A stretch of DNA of 64,000 bases, taken from Flavobacteriaceae bacterium (GTDB lineage Bacteria; Bacteroidota; Bacteroidia; Flavobacteriales; Flavobacteriaceae). This document shows positions 57,085 through 64,000 of the stretch, piece by piece; position 1 is the first letter of the stretch, and every line of letters begins with the position of its first letter. The stretch is taken from positions 54,609 through 118,608 of the forward strand of contig DAIPYN010000001.1 in NCBI GenBank assembly GCA_036782715.1. Direction: 5' to 3'. The translations under genes were made by a program, and so were the position numbers. Below the pieces are notes generated by a model, which saw only the letters and a program-made list of their open reading frames with translations, had not been told where the DNA came from and did no database searches.

Positions 57085-57465
57085 TTAGTCGATGATATTC
57101 CCGCTGATTTTAATGCTGTAAACACCAGAACTCTCACTTGTTATCAAGGTAAGTACCTTTCTGAACGGGCCTTTCAAAAGATCATTAGAAATACGAATTC
57201 CTATACTATCTCTTCGGTTAGGCTGAATGAGGTCAGGTTTATAAACTACGTCGTATCCGTAAGATACGTGGGTCTCTAGAAGCTTAACCGTATCCTTAGA
57301 GCGGTTATTGAAATGAAGGTAATGCACCCTAGGATTACTCTTTGAAACAGATCCGATGGTAATTAAGTCTGATTCAAAAGCTAGCCTAGCCTCTTGTGCG
57401 TGCATCTTTGTTGTAAAAATGAACGAAGCTAAAAAGAGTACAAATATAACTTCTTGCCGTCGCAT
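57085..57465 (-). CDS. Small secreted protein, possibly DUF1573-like
   Basis: Signal peptide ending MHAQ. About 100-aa beta-rich domain. The family call is weak. Confidence 0.45.
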   Translation of the reverse strand: MRRQEVIFVLFLASFIFTTKMHAQEARLAFESDLITIGSVSKSNPRVHYLHFNNRSKDTVKLLETHVSYGYDVVYKPDLIQPNRRDSIGIRISNDLLKGPFRKVLTLITSESSGVYSIKISGNIID

Positions 57466-57528
57466 GATACAATTTTAAAGTAATGTGTCTTAGAGGCAAA
57501 TAACTTTTATAAATGATATGATCTTTCC

Positions 57529-57536
57529 TATTTTTG
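57529..57536 (+). promoter_or_regulatory. Candidate -7 promoter box (TATTTTTG) for valS
   Basis: Exact TAnnTTTG 39 nt upstream of the ATG at 57576. It overlaps the TTG used as start by the ORF track. Confidence 0.45.
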
Positions 57537-57575
57537 TCGGTATTTGACGAATCACCTTATCCTTATCTTTTCCCT

Positions 57576-60209
57576 ATGGAAATAGCTGCCCAATATAGCC
57601 CTGAGAACATCGAGCAAAAATGGTACGAACATTGGATCGCTAATCAGCTTTTTGAATCGAAAGTTGATGAGCGCGAGCCTTATACCATCGTTATACCTCC
57701 ACCGAATGTCACAGGGGTACTCCATATGGGGCATATGCTGAATAACACTATTCAGGATGTTTTGATTCGTCGCGCTCGACTGCAAGGAAAAAATGCCTGT
57801 TGGGTGCCTGGTACAGATCACGCCTCTATTGCAACAGAAGCAAAAGTGGTTGCCCGACTAAAGGAGCAGGGTATTGAGAAATCTTCACTTTCTAGAGAGG
57901 AGTTTTTGAAGCACGCTTGGGATTGGACCGATGAGTATGGAGGGGTTATTCTTAAGCAGTTACGACGATTAGGTGCTTCATGTGACTGGTCTAGAACCAA
58001 ATTCACCATGGACCCAGATCTTTATGATTCTGTGATTAAGGTGTTTGTAGATCTATATGATAAAGGGTTGATTTATAGAGGGTACCGAATGGTTAATTGG
58101 GACCCAAAAGCCCAAACTACCCTTTCTGATGAAGAAGTGATCTACAAAGAAATGCAGGGCTCACTGTACTACTTAAGTTATCGTTTTGTAGAGGGAGAAG
58201 GCGAAATAACCGTTGCTACTACTAGACCTGAAACGATATTTGGCGACGTTGCTATCTGTGTCAACTCTGAAGATGAACGATATCAATCGTTAATTGGTAA
58301 AAAGGTTCGAGTACCGATTTGTAATCGTGAAATTCCTATTATCGCAGATTCCTACGTTGATCCCGAGTTTGGGACAGGTTGCCTTAAAATTACTCCCGCG
58401 CACGATATCAATGATAAAACTATCGGAGATAAGTTCGACCTAGCCATCTATGACGTATTTAATGCAGACGGAACGCTCAATGCTCATGCCATGCATTATG
58501 AGGGTAGAGATCGTTTTGAAGTTCGTGATTCAATAGCTGAAGAGTTAAATGAACTCGGATTGTTAATTAAGAAAGAGTCACATCTGAATAACGTTGGTAC
58601 TTCTGAGCGCACAGGGGCTGTTATTGAACCAAGGTTATCAGATCAATGGTTCTTAAAGATGGAAGAGTTGGTCAAGCCTGCTATAACTTCTGTACTTGAA
58701 GATCATTCGATTCAACTTTATCCGAAAAAATTCGAAAACACCTATCGCCACTGGCTAGAGAATATCAGAGATTGGAATATTTCTCGACAGCTTTGGTGGG
58801 GTCAACAAATCCCTGCCTATTACTACGGTGATGGCCAAATGGTCGTTGCGACCTCTATAGAAGAAGCCGTTGAAAAAGCGAATCAGCTAGCAAAACAGAA
58901 AGGAGAGGCAAAGACTTATACTGCTGAAGATTTGACTCAAGATGAAGATGTTTTAGACACTTGGTTCTCTTCTTGGCTTTGGCCGATTAGTGTGTTTAAC
59001 GGTATCCTTGATCCTGAAAATGAAGAGATCAACTATTATTATCCTACCCAAGATTTAGTCACCGGTCCAGATATCCTCTTTTTCTGGGTAGCTCGTATGA
59101 TTATTGCGGGTTATGAGTACCGAGATGCGCCACCATTTACTAGCGTGTATTTAACAGGATTGGTTAGAGATAAACAAGGCCGAAAGATGAGTAAGTCTCT
59201 AGGTAATTCTCCAGACGCTCTAGGTCTGATTGATACCTATGGTGCAGATGCAGTTCGTGTCGGATTATTACTCAGCTCCGCTGCCGGTAACGACTTACTT
59301 TTCGACGAATCGCTATGCGATCAAGGTCGTAGTTTCGCTAATAAAATCTGGAATGCATTTAGATTAATTAAGAGCTTTGAGGTAGCTGATATTGAACAAC
59401 CTTTATATGCCAAACAGGGGATTGAATGGTTTGAAGCCTCCTTTGCCGCAGCATTAGAGCAGATTGAGGATCACTATCAGAAGTACCGTATTTCAGATGT
59501 TCTGATGAGCATTTATCGTTTGATATGGGATGACTTCTGTTCTTGGTTGTTAGAAATTATCAAACCAGCATATGGTAGCCCCATTGATCAAACCACCCTA
59601 GACCAGGTAATTGATATTTTAGACAGGCTGCTAGTTACTTTGCATCCATTTATGCCTTTCCTAACCGAGGAACTGTGGCAATCTTTAACATTAAGAGACT
59701 CAAAGGACTCGATTTGTGTCGCAAGTATGCCTAAGGCAAAAGTGTATAAACAAGATACTTTAAGGGCCTTTGAAACGTCAAAGGAGGTGGTTAGTGCGAT
59801 TCGATCCATAAGAAAAGAGAAGAGTATTGCCTTTAAAGAGTCGTTAGAGCTCCTAGTGACCGATGTTATTGATTTTGAATTATATGCTGAGGTAGCTGCT
59901 AAGTTGGCCAATACGAGTTTACCTCAAAGGGTTGAAGCGGCTCCAGGGGCTTGTTCTAGTTTTAGAGTGAGTAAAACAGAGTTTTTTATTCCACTGAGCG
60001 AAGGGGTAGATCTTGAGGCAGAACGGGAAAAGATTCAAAAAGAAATTGATTACCTTAAAGGATTCTTGGCTTCAGTAGACAAGAAATTAAGCAATGAGCG
60101 ATTTGTATCAAACGCCCCTGAAAAGGTTATTGAATTAGAGCGTAAAAAGGCCGCTGATGCTCAAGAAAAGATTGAAGGATTAGAGAAGAGCCTTGGATTA
60201 CTTCAATAA
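57576..60209 (+). CDS. valS: Valine--tRNA ligase
   Basis: PPPNVTGVLHMGH (HIGH-type), KMSKS, and a C-terminal coiled coil. ATG at 57576 (MEIAAQYSPENIEQKWY) preferred. Confidence 0.96.
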   Translation: MEIAAQYSPENIEQKWYEHWIANQLFESKVDEREPYTIVIPPPNVTGVLHMGHMLNNTIQDVLIRRARLQGKNACWVPGTDHASIATEAKVVARLKEQGIEKSSLSREEFLKHAWDWTDEYGGVILKQLRRLGASCDWSRTKFTMDPDLYDSVIKVFVDLYDKGLIYRGYRMVNWDPKAQTTLSDEEVIYKEMQGSLYYLSYRFVEGEGEITVATTRPETIFGDVAICVNSEDERYQSLIGKKVRVPICNREIPIIADSYVDPEFGTGCLKITPAHDINDKTIGDKFDLAIYDVFNADGTLNAHAMHYEGRDRFEVRDSIAEELNELGLLIKKESHLNNVGTSERTGAVIEPRLSDQWFLKMEELVKPAITSVLEDHSIQLYPKKFENTYRHWLENIRDWNISRQLWWGQQIPAYYYGDGQMVVATSIEEAVEKANQLAKQKGEAKTYTAEDLTQDEDVLDTWFSSWLWPISVFNGILDPENEEINYYYPTQDLVTGPDILFFWVARMIIAGYEYRDAPPFTSVYLTGLVRDKQGRKMSKSLGNSPDALGLIDTYGADAVRVGLLLSSAAGNDLLFDESLCDQGRSFANKIWNAFRLIKSFEVADIEQPLYAKQGIEWFEASFAAALEQIEDHYQKYRISDVLMSIYRLIWDDFCSWLLEIIKPAYGSPIDQTTLDQVIDILDRLLVTLHPFMPFLTEELWQSLTLRDSKDSICVASMPKAKVYKQDTLRAFETSKEVVSAIRSIRKEKSIAFKESLELLVTDVIDFELYAEVAAKLANTSLPQRVEAAPGACSSFRVSKTEFFIPLSEGVDLEAEREKIQKEIDYLKGFLASVDKKLSNERFVSNAPEKVIELERKKAADAQEKIEGLEKSLGLLQ

Positions 60210-60851
60210 TTCAGCGATAATCGTTTCACCTCCCTTGACTTTTTGGTCGAGAGATACATTCATTTTGGCGTCATTGGGTACGATCACGTCTATTCGTGAA
60301 CCGAACTTGATAAAGCCTGCGTCTTCACCGGCTTTAACGGAATCTCCGACCTTAGCGTAATTAACAATTCTTCGTGCAAGCGCTCCTGCAATTTGTCGAT
60401 AAAGTATGGGCTCACCACTCGGATGCTCAATTACCACTGTGGTTCTTTCATTGTGCGTGCTTGATTTTGGGTGCCAAGCTACTAGGTATTTTCCATGATG
60501 GTATTGACTGTAGAGTACCTTTCCATCAAATGGATATCTCGTCACGTGAACATTTAGTGGCGACATGAAAATTGAAATCAGTGTTCTTGGTTCTCCAAAA
60601 TATTCATGATCGGTAAAAGGTTCAATTTTGACTACCGTACCATCAGAAGGTGCGAGAATACCCTTTTCAGATTTTGGTGAGTTTCGCTTAGGGTTGCGAA
60701 AAAACTGTAAAATGATGATCCATAGAAATACACCAGCTATTATTGGTAAACTACCCAGAATTGTAGACTCGATACTCATACCTAGCCAAATACATAAAAC
60801 CAAAACTAGCGTAGCTAGTGCAATAGTAGGGTAACCTTCTTTGTGAAACAT
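60198..60851 (-). CDS. psd: Phosphatidylserine decarboxylase family proenzyme
   Basis: Two N-terminal TM helices; C-terminal self-cleavage-type FGSR motif (GFIKFGSRIDV). Confidence 0.88.
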   Translation of the reverse strand: MFHKEGYPTIALATLVLVLCIWLGMSIESTILGSLPIIAGVFLWIIILQFFRNPKRNSPKSEKGILAPSDGTVVKIEPFTDHEYFGEPRTLISIFMSPLNVHVTRYPFDGKVLYSQYHHGKYLVAWHPKSSTHNERTTVVIEHPSGEPILYRQIAGALARRIVNYAKVGDSVKAGEDAGFIKFGSRIDVIVPNDAKMNVSLDQKVKGGETIIAELLK

Positions 60852-60861
60852 AGATGTTTAA

Positions 60862-61608
60862 TTAAAGGATTAAAAGTAGATAAATGACTGGAGATAGATA
60901 AATCAAACTATCGATACGGTCTAAAATCCCTCCATGTCCGGGAATGACTCTTCCACTGTCTTTGACATGAGTTAGTCGTTTCATTTTAGAAGCTACTAAG
61001 TCTCCAACGTTTGCTAGAAGACTTGTAGTGAGGCTCAGAATAAACCAGTGAGGAAGTGGAAGGTATTGATTCAAAAAATATCCGATAAGAATGGTTGCTA
61101 TTGTGCCTCCTATATAACCCTCTAAGCTTTTGTTCGGTGAAATAGAACTGACCTTTGTTTTTCCAATTTTTGATCCGACCAAATAGGCCATAGAATCGTT
61201 CGTCCATACTAGCAAAAGGATGCCCAAACACCACATGGCGTCGAGTTGGTAGATTAAGAAAAGGTTGAATATCCCTAAAACAGCATAGAGTGGAGAGAAG
61301 TATCGGTGAAAGTAATTGTTCTTGCACTTTTTAAGAAGCATGATGCTCATAAGAAGCGTAGCCATCACCCCGGCATAAACAAAAATGGTTTTAGACTCAC
61401 TGGTATAGGCAAGTAAAAGAATCACCGAGGACCCGACAAAAACTAATTGCCTCGGAAGCCGAAACATTCCCCTTATTTCTAGGGCCGCACCGATACCTAG
61501 TAATGCACACCACATAAAAAACACCTCTTCTCTAGGAACATATATAGCGCCTAAGAACAACAAGATATACACTAATCCGCTAATAGATCGAAGTACGAGG
61601 GTGTTCAT
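60862..61608 (-). CDS. cdsA: Phosphatidate cytidylyltransferase
   Basis: Polytopic membrane protein with the signature SKMKRLTHVKDSGRVIPGHGGILDRIDS. Confidence 0.92.
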   Translation of the reverse strand: MNTLVLRSISGLVYILLFLGAIYVPREEVFFMWCALLGIGAALEIRGMFRLPRQLVFVGSSVILLLAYTSESKTIFVYAGVMATLLMSIMLLKKCKNNYFHRYFSPLYAVLGIFNLFLIYQLDAMWCLGILLLVWTNDSMAYLVGSKIGKTKVSSISPNKSLEGYIGGTIATILIGYFLNQYLPLPHWFILSLTTSLLANVGDLVASKMKRLTHVKDSGRVIPGHGGILDRIDSLIYLSPVIYLLLIL

Positions 61609-62211
61609 TTAGAAGTCTTCTAAAAGCAGAAGATATAGGTTTTTGGTTTTGGTTCCGTAATGCATGAAGTCATCTTTATTCTCTTGATTAACTTCATTAT
61701 TTTTGAATGAGGTGATCTTAGTGGGTAAAGGACCTCCTAAATGACGTTGTTTGATGGATCGAAGCGCTTCTGAAATGGACGCTACCATTTGAGAAGTACG
61801 AGCAAAAACAATGAGATTTTCGGGCAGTTCCTCGCTTTTTATCCCTTTTAATTGCTTTGAGCAAACGAGTACAGATCCTTGGTTTGCGATAAGGTGTTCA
61901 CATTTTGTGGTGAAAATCGTTGGTTTACTGTACCTGTCAGTGAAATGAGCAATCGAAGCGTAACGATCGATAAGTTCTGTATCAAGACATAGAATGTCGT
62001 TCTCTTGCCAACTATTTTCTTTGATGATATCGTCGAAAAAGCGATCTACTTCTTCTTGCTTTTCACAGTATAAAAACTTTCCACCGCTGGCAGTAAACTC
62101 TCTAAGAAACAGCTCATCGACTGGTAATGATTCTGATTTACTCTCTTTGGGAGCCGACGTATTCTCGTCAGATTCGATTTTCTTTCCAAAGATGCGATCA
62201 AAAAATCCCAT
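61609..62211 (-). CDS. LUD-domain (LutC/YkgG-like) protein
   Basis: About 200-aa soluble protein with a LutC-like layout (FL..F...GG.F........LIANQGSVLV). The call is moderate. No lutA/lutB nearby. Confidence 0.5.
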   Translation of the reverse strand: MGFFDRIFGKKIESDENTSAPKESKSESLPVDELFLREFTASGGKFLYCEKQEEVDRFFDDIIKENSWQENDILCLDTELIDRYASIAHFTDRYSKPTIFTTKCEHLIANQGSVLVCSKQLKGIKSEELPENLIVFARTSQMVASISEALRSIKQRHLGGPLPTKITSFKNNEVNQENKDDFMHYGTKTKNLYLLLLEDF

Positions 62212-64000
62212 TATGCGTCTAGGCCTTCTTCTTTATTTTCAGGTGTTACTTCTGTCTCTTCCTGAGATTCTTCGGATTGTGTTTCTTTCTCGAACGGACG
62301 TTTCCCGAAAATCTCCTCCAAGTCGTCCTTAAAAATAACTTCTTTTTCTAACAATCGCTCGGCAAGCTTGGTGAGTTTATCCTTATTCTCTTTGAGAATA
62401 GTAATTGCTCGTTGATATTGACCTTCTATTAGATCAGAAATTTCTTTATCAATAGTTTGCGCAGTTACTTCACTGTAAGGTTTTGTAAATCCATATTCGC
62501 TTTGACCGCTTGAATCGTAATAAGTTACGTTGCCAATCTTATCGTTTAATCCATAAACCGTAACCATCGCACGTGCCTGTTTGGTCACTTTTTCTAAATC
62601 ACTGAGTGCTCCTGTAGAAATAGTGTCGAAGATAATTTTCTCCGCAGCACGACCTCCCATAGTTGCACACATTTCGTCTAGCAATTGTTCAGGTCGAACA
62701 ATCTGACGTTCTTCAGGTAAATACCAAGCTGCTCCTAATGATTGACCTCTAGGTACAATGGTAACTTTAACAAGGGGAGCGGCATACTGTAGCATCCAAC
62801 TAACCGTTGCATGGCCTGCCTCATGAAATGCAATGGCTCGTTTTTCATCTGGAGTGATGATTTTACTTCGTTTCTCTAATCCTCCTACAATTCGATCGAC
62901 AGCATCTAAAAAGTCTTGTTTAATAACTGATTTCTGCTCTTTACGTGCTGCAATTAAAGCCGCCTCATTACATACATTTGCGATATCAGCTCCTGAGAAA
63001 CCTGGAGTTTGACGGGCTAAAAATTCTAGGTCAAGTGTTTCTGAAGTTTTAATCGGTTTTAGATGTACTTCGAAAATTTCCTTTCTTTCATTTAGATCGG
63101 GTAGATCTACATAAATCTGTCGATCAAAGCGTCCCGCTCTCATTAGTGCCTTGTCTAAAACATCTGCACGGTTTGTCGCTGCAAGTACAATAACGTTGGT
63201 GTTCGTACCAAAACCATCCATTTCTGTTAATAGTTGGTTAAGGGTATTCTCACGCTCGTCATTCGAACCTGTCATATTGTTTTTTCCTCTTGCTCGACCA
63301 ATAGCATCAATCTCATCGATAAAAATGATCGCGGGGGATTTATCCTTAGCTTGTTTGAATAAGTCACGAACTCGAGAGGCTCCAACTCCTACAAACATCT
63401 CTACAAAGTCAGATCCTGAAAGGGAAAAGAAGGGCACTTTTGCTTCACCAGCAACGGCCTTAGCGAGTAGCGTTTTACCTGTACCTGGAGGGCCTACTAG
63501 CAGCGCTCCTTTTGGTATTTTACCTCCTAATGAGGTATATTTTTCAGGGTTTTTTAAGAACTCGACAATTTCTTGAACTTCTTCTTTCGCACCCTCTAAA
63601 CCAGCAACATCCTTGAATGAAGTTCTAGTATCTGTTTTTTCATCAAAAAGCTTCGCTTTTGATTTTCCAATACTGAAAATTTGACCACCACCAGCTGCTC
63701 CTGATCCACCTGACATTCGTCGCATAAGGAATATCCAAACCCCGATAATAAGTACAAAAGGTAGAATTGAAATAAGGAGTTCTAATAGATAATTATTCTC
63801 TTTATCGTAGTCGATAACCGTTGCAAGATCGTACTCTGACTTAATCGTCTTGATGGTATTTTCGAAATTTTGCAAATCACCAAAGTCTAAAACATACTGG
63901 GCAGTTGGAGCAGTAGAAGGTATTAGGCTGGGCTCAGCAACTTTTTTGTGTATCTCTTTTTGGAGGGCGATATCGTTTAGATAAACCTTTGCTTGACGGG
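62211..64000 (-). CDS. ftsH: ATP-dependent zinc metalloprotease FtsH; 5' end lies beyond the window
   Basis: Walker [19 protein letters not shown], Walker [13 protein letters not shown], zinc motif HEAGHA. The frame stays open upstream of the ORF-track TTG (63875) to base 64000. Confidence 0.96.
   Translation of the reverse strand, partial: RQAKVYLNDIALQKEIHKKVAEPSLIPSTAPTAQYVLDFGDLQNFENTIKTIKSEYDLATVIDYDKENNYLLELLISILPFVLIIGVWIFLMRRMSGGSGAAGGGQIFSIGKSKAKLFDEKTDTRTSFKDVAGLEGAKEEVQEIVEFLKNPEKYTSLGGKIPKGALLVGPPGTGKTLLAKAVAGEAKVPFFSLSGSDFVEMFVGVGASRVRDLFKQAKDKSPAIIFIDEIDAIGRARGKNNMTGSNDERENTLNQLLTEMDGFGTNTNVIVLAATNRADVLDKALMRAGRFDRQIYVDLPDLNERKEIFEVHLKPIKTSETLDLEFLARQTPGFSGADIANVCNEAALIAARKEQKSVIKQDFLDAVDRIVGGLEKRSKIITPDEKRAIAFHEAGHATVSWMLQYAAPLVKVTIVPRGQSLGAAWYLPEERQIVRPEQLLDEMCATMGGRAAEKIIFDTISTGALSDLEKVTKQARAMVTVYGLNDKIGNVTYYDSSGQSEYGFTKPYSEVTAQTIDKEISDLIEGQYQRAITILKENKDKLTKLAERLLEKEVIFKDDLEEIFGKRPFEKETQSEESQEETEVTPENKEEGLDA

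Noticed and set aside
57534-57575. TTG-initiated extension of valS.
   Set aside because: The TTG is part of an exact TATTTTTG promoter box. The ATG at 57576 gives a canonical ValRS N-terminus.
60986-62332. ORFs 60986..61327 (-) and 61994..62332 (+).
   Set aside because: They are out of frame or antisense within cdsA and the LUD/ftsH genes, and have no motifs.
63151-63576. 141-aa plus-strand ORF.
   Set aside because: It lies antisense inside the AAA+ module of ftsH. It is a shadow ORF.
1-64000. Search for CRISPR arrays, IS elements or transposases, integrases, prophage genes, toxin-antitoxin pairs and known defence genes.
   Set aside because: None was recognised on either strand. Intergenic space is too small to hide arrays, and every sizeable ORF has a housekeeping or otherwise explained assignment. 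The limit is that this was a by-eye inspection without any homology search.

Overview
This is a gene-dense chromosomal segment with about 66 protein genes, 1 tRNA and almost no non-coding DNA. Nearly all of it is housekeeping. Several signals point to a Bacteroidota, Flavobacteriia-like genome: a short 287-aa primary sigma factor, a PorT-like gene, a lipidated Omp85, Na+-NQR, and an FtsZ ending ...NSFLHDNVD. Exact TAnnTTTG '-7' boxes sit upstream of many genes, and there are no Shine-Dalgarno-like tracts. Gene order: distal dcw cluster (ftsW-murG-murC-ftsQ-ftsA-ftsZ); TonB-dependent receptor; tRNA-Arg(UCG); yqeY-like, ypdA, rpe, rpoD, pnp, rpsO, accD, fba, Omp85; trmH-family, porT-like, ubiE, aminotransferase, rsmG, pruA; nqrABCDEF-orf-apbE; methyltransferase, map, gpmI, M15 peptidase, GNAT. 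Next comes a four-gene secreted module (two paralogous CarboxypepD_reg-like proteins, a DUF6702-like protein, an M1 peptidase), then tatA, O-methyltransferase, kynU, a lipoprotein and a ClpP-like protease. A light/flavin cluster follows (flavin-reductase-like, a hidden DUF2256-like microORF, Cry-DASH, FeS-type photolyase). The window ends with COG1579, nif3, lpxK, gap, lipA, ECF sigma, a 4-Cys membrane microprotein, murB, aminotransferase, valS, psd, cdsA, LUD and ftsH (cut by the window end). I saw no CRISPR array, transposase, integrase, rRNA or recognisable defence or toxin module. I cannot point to a convincing, wholly novel multi-gene system. The best leads are: (1) an unlisted DUF2256-like zinc-ribbon ORF embedded in the photolyase operon; (2) a single-TM 4-Cys microprotein (NqrM-like architecture) in frame with, and apparently translationally coupled to, a TTG-initiated ECF sigma factor; (3) an orphan ORF between an nqrF terminator and apbE; (4) a secreted paralog pair + DUF6702-like + M1 peptidase operon; (5) an orphan N-terminally shortened ClpP. 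All family assignments rest on motif reading and memory, not on database searches.
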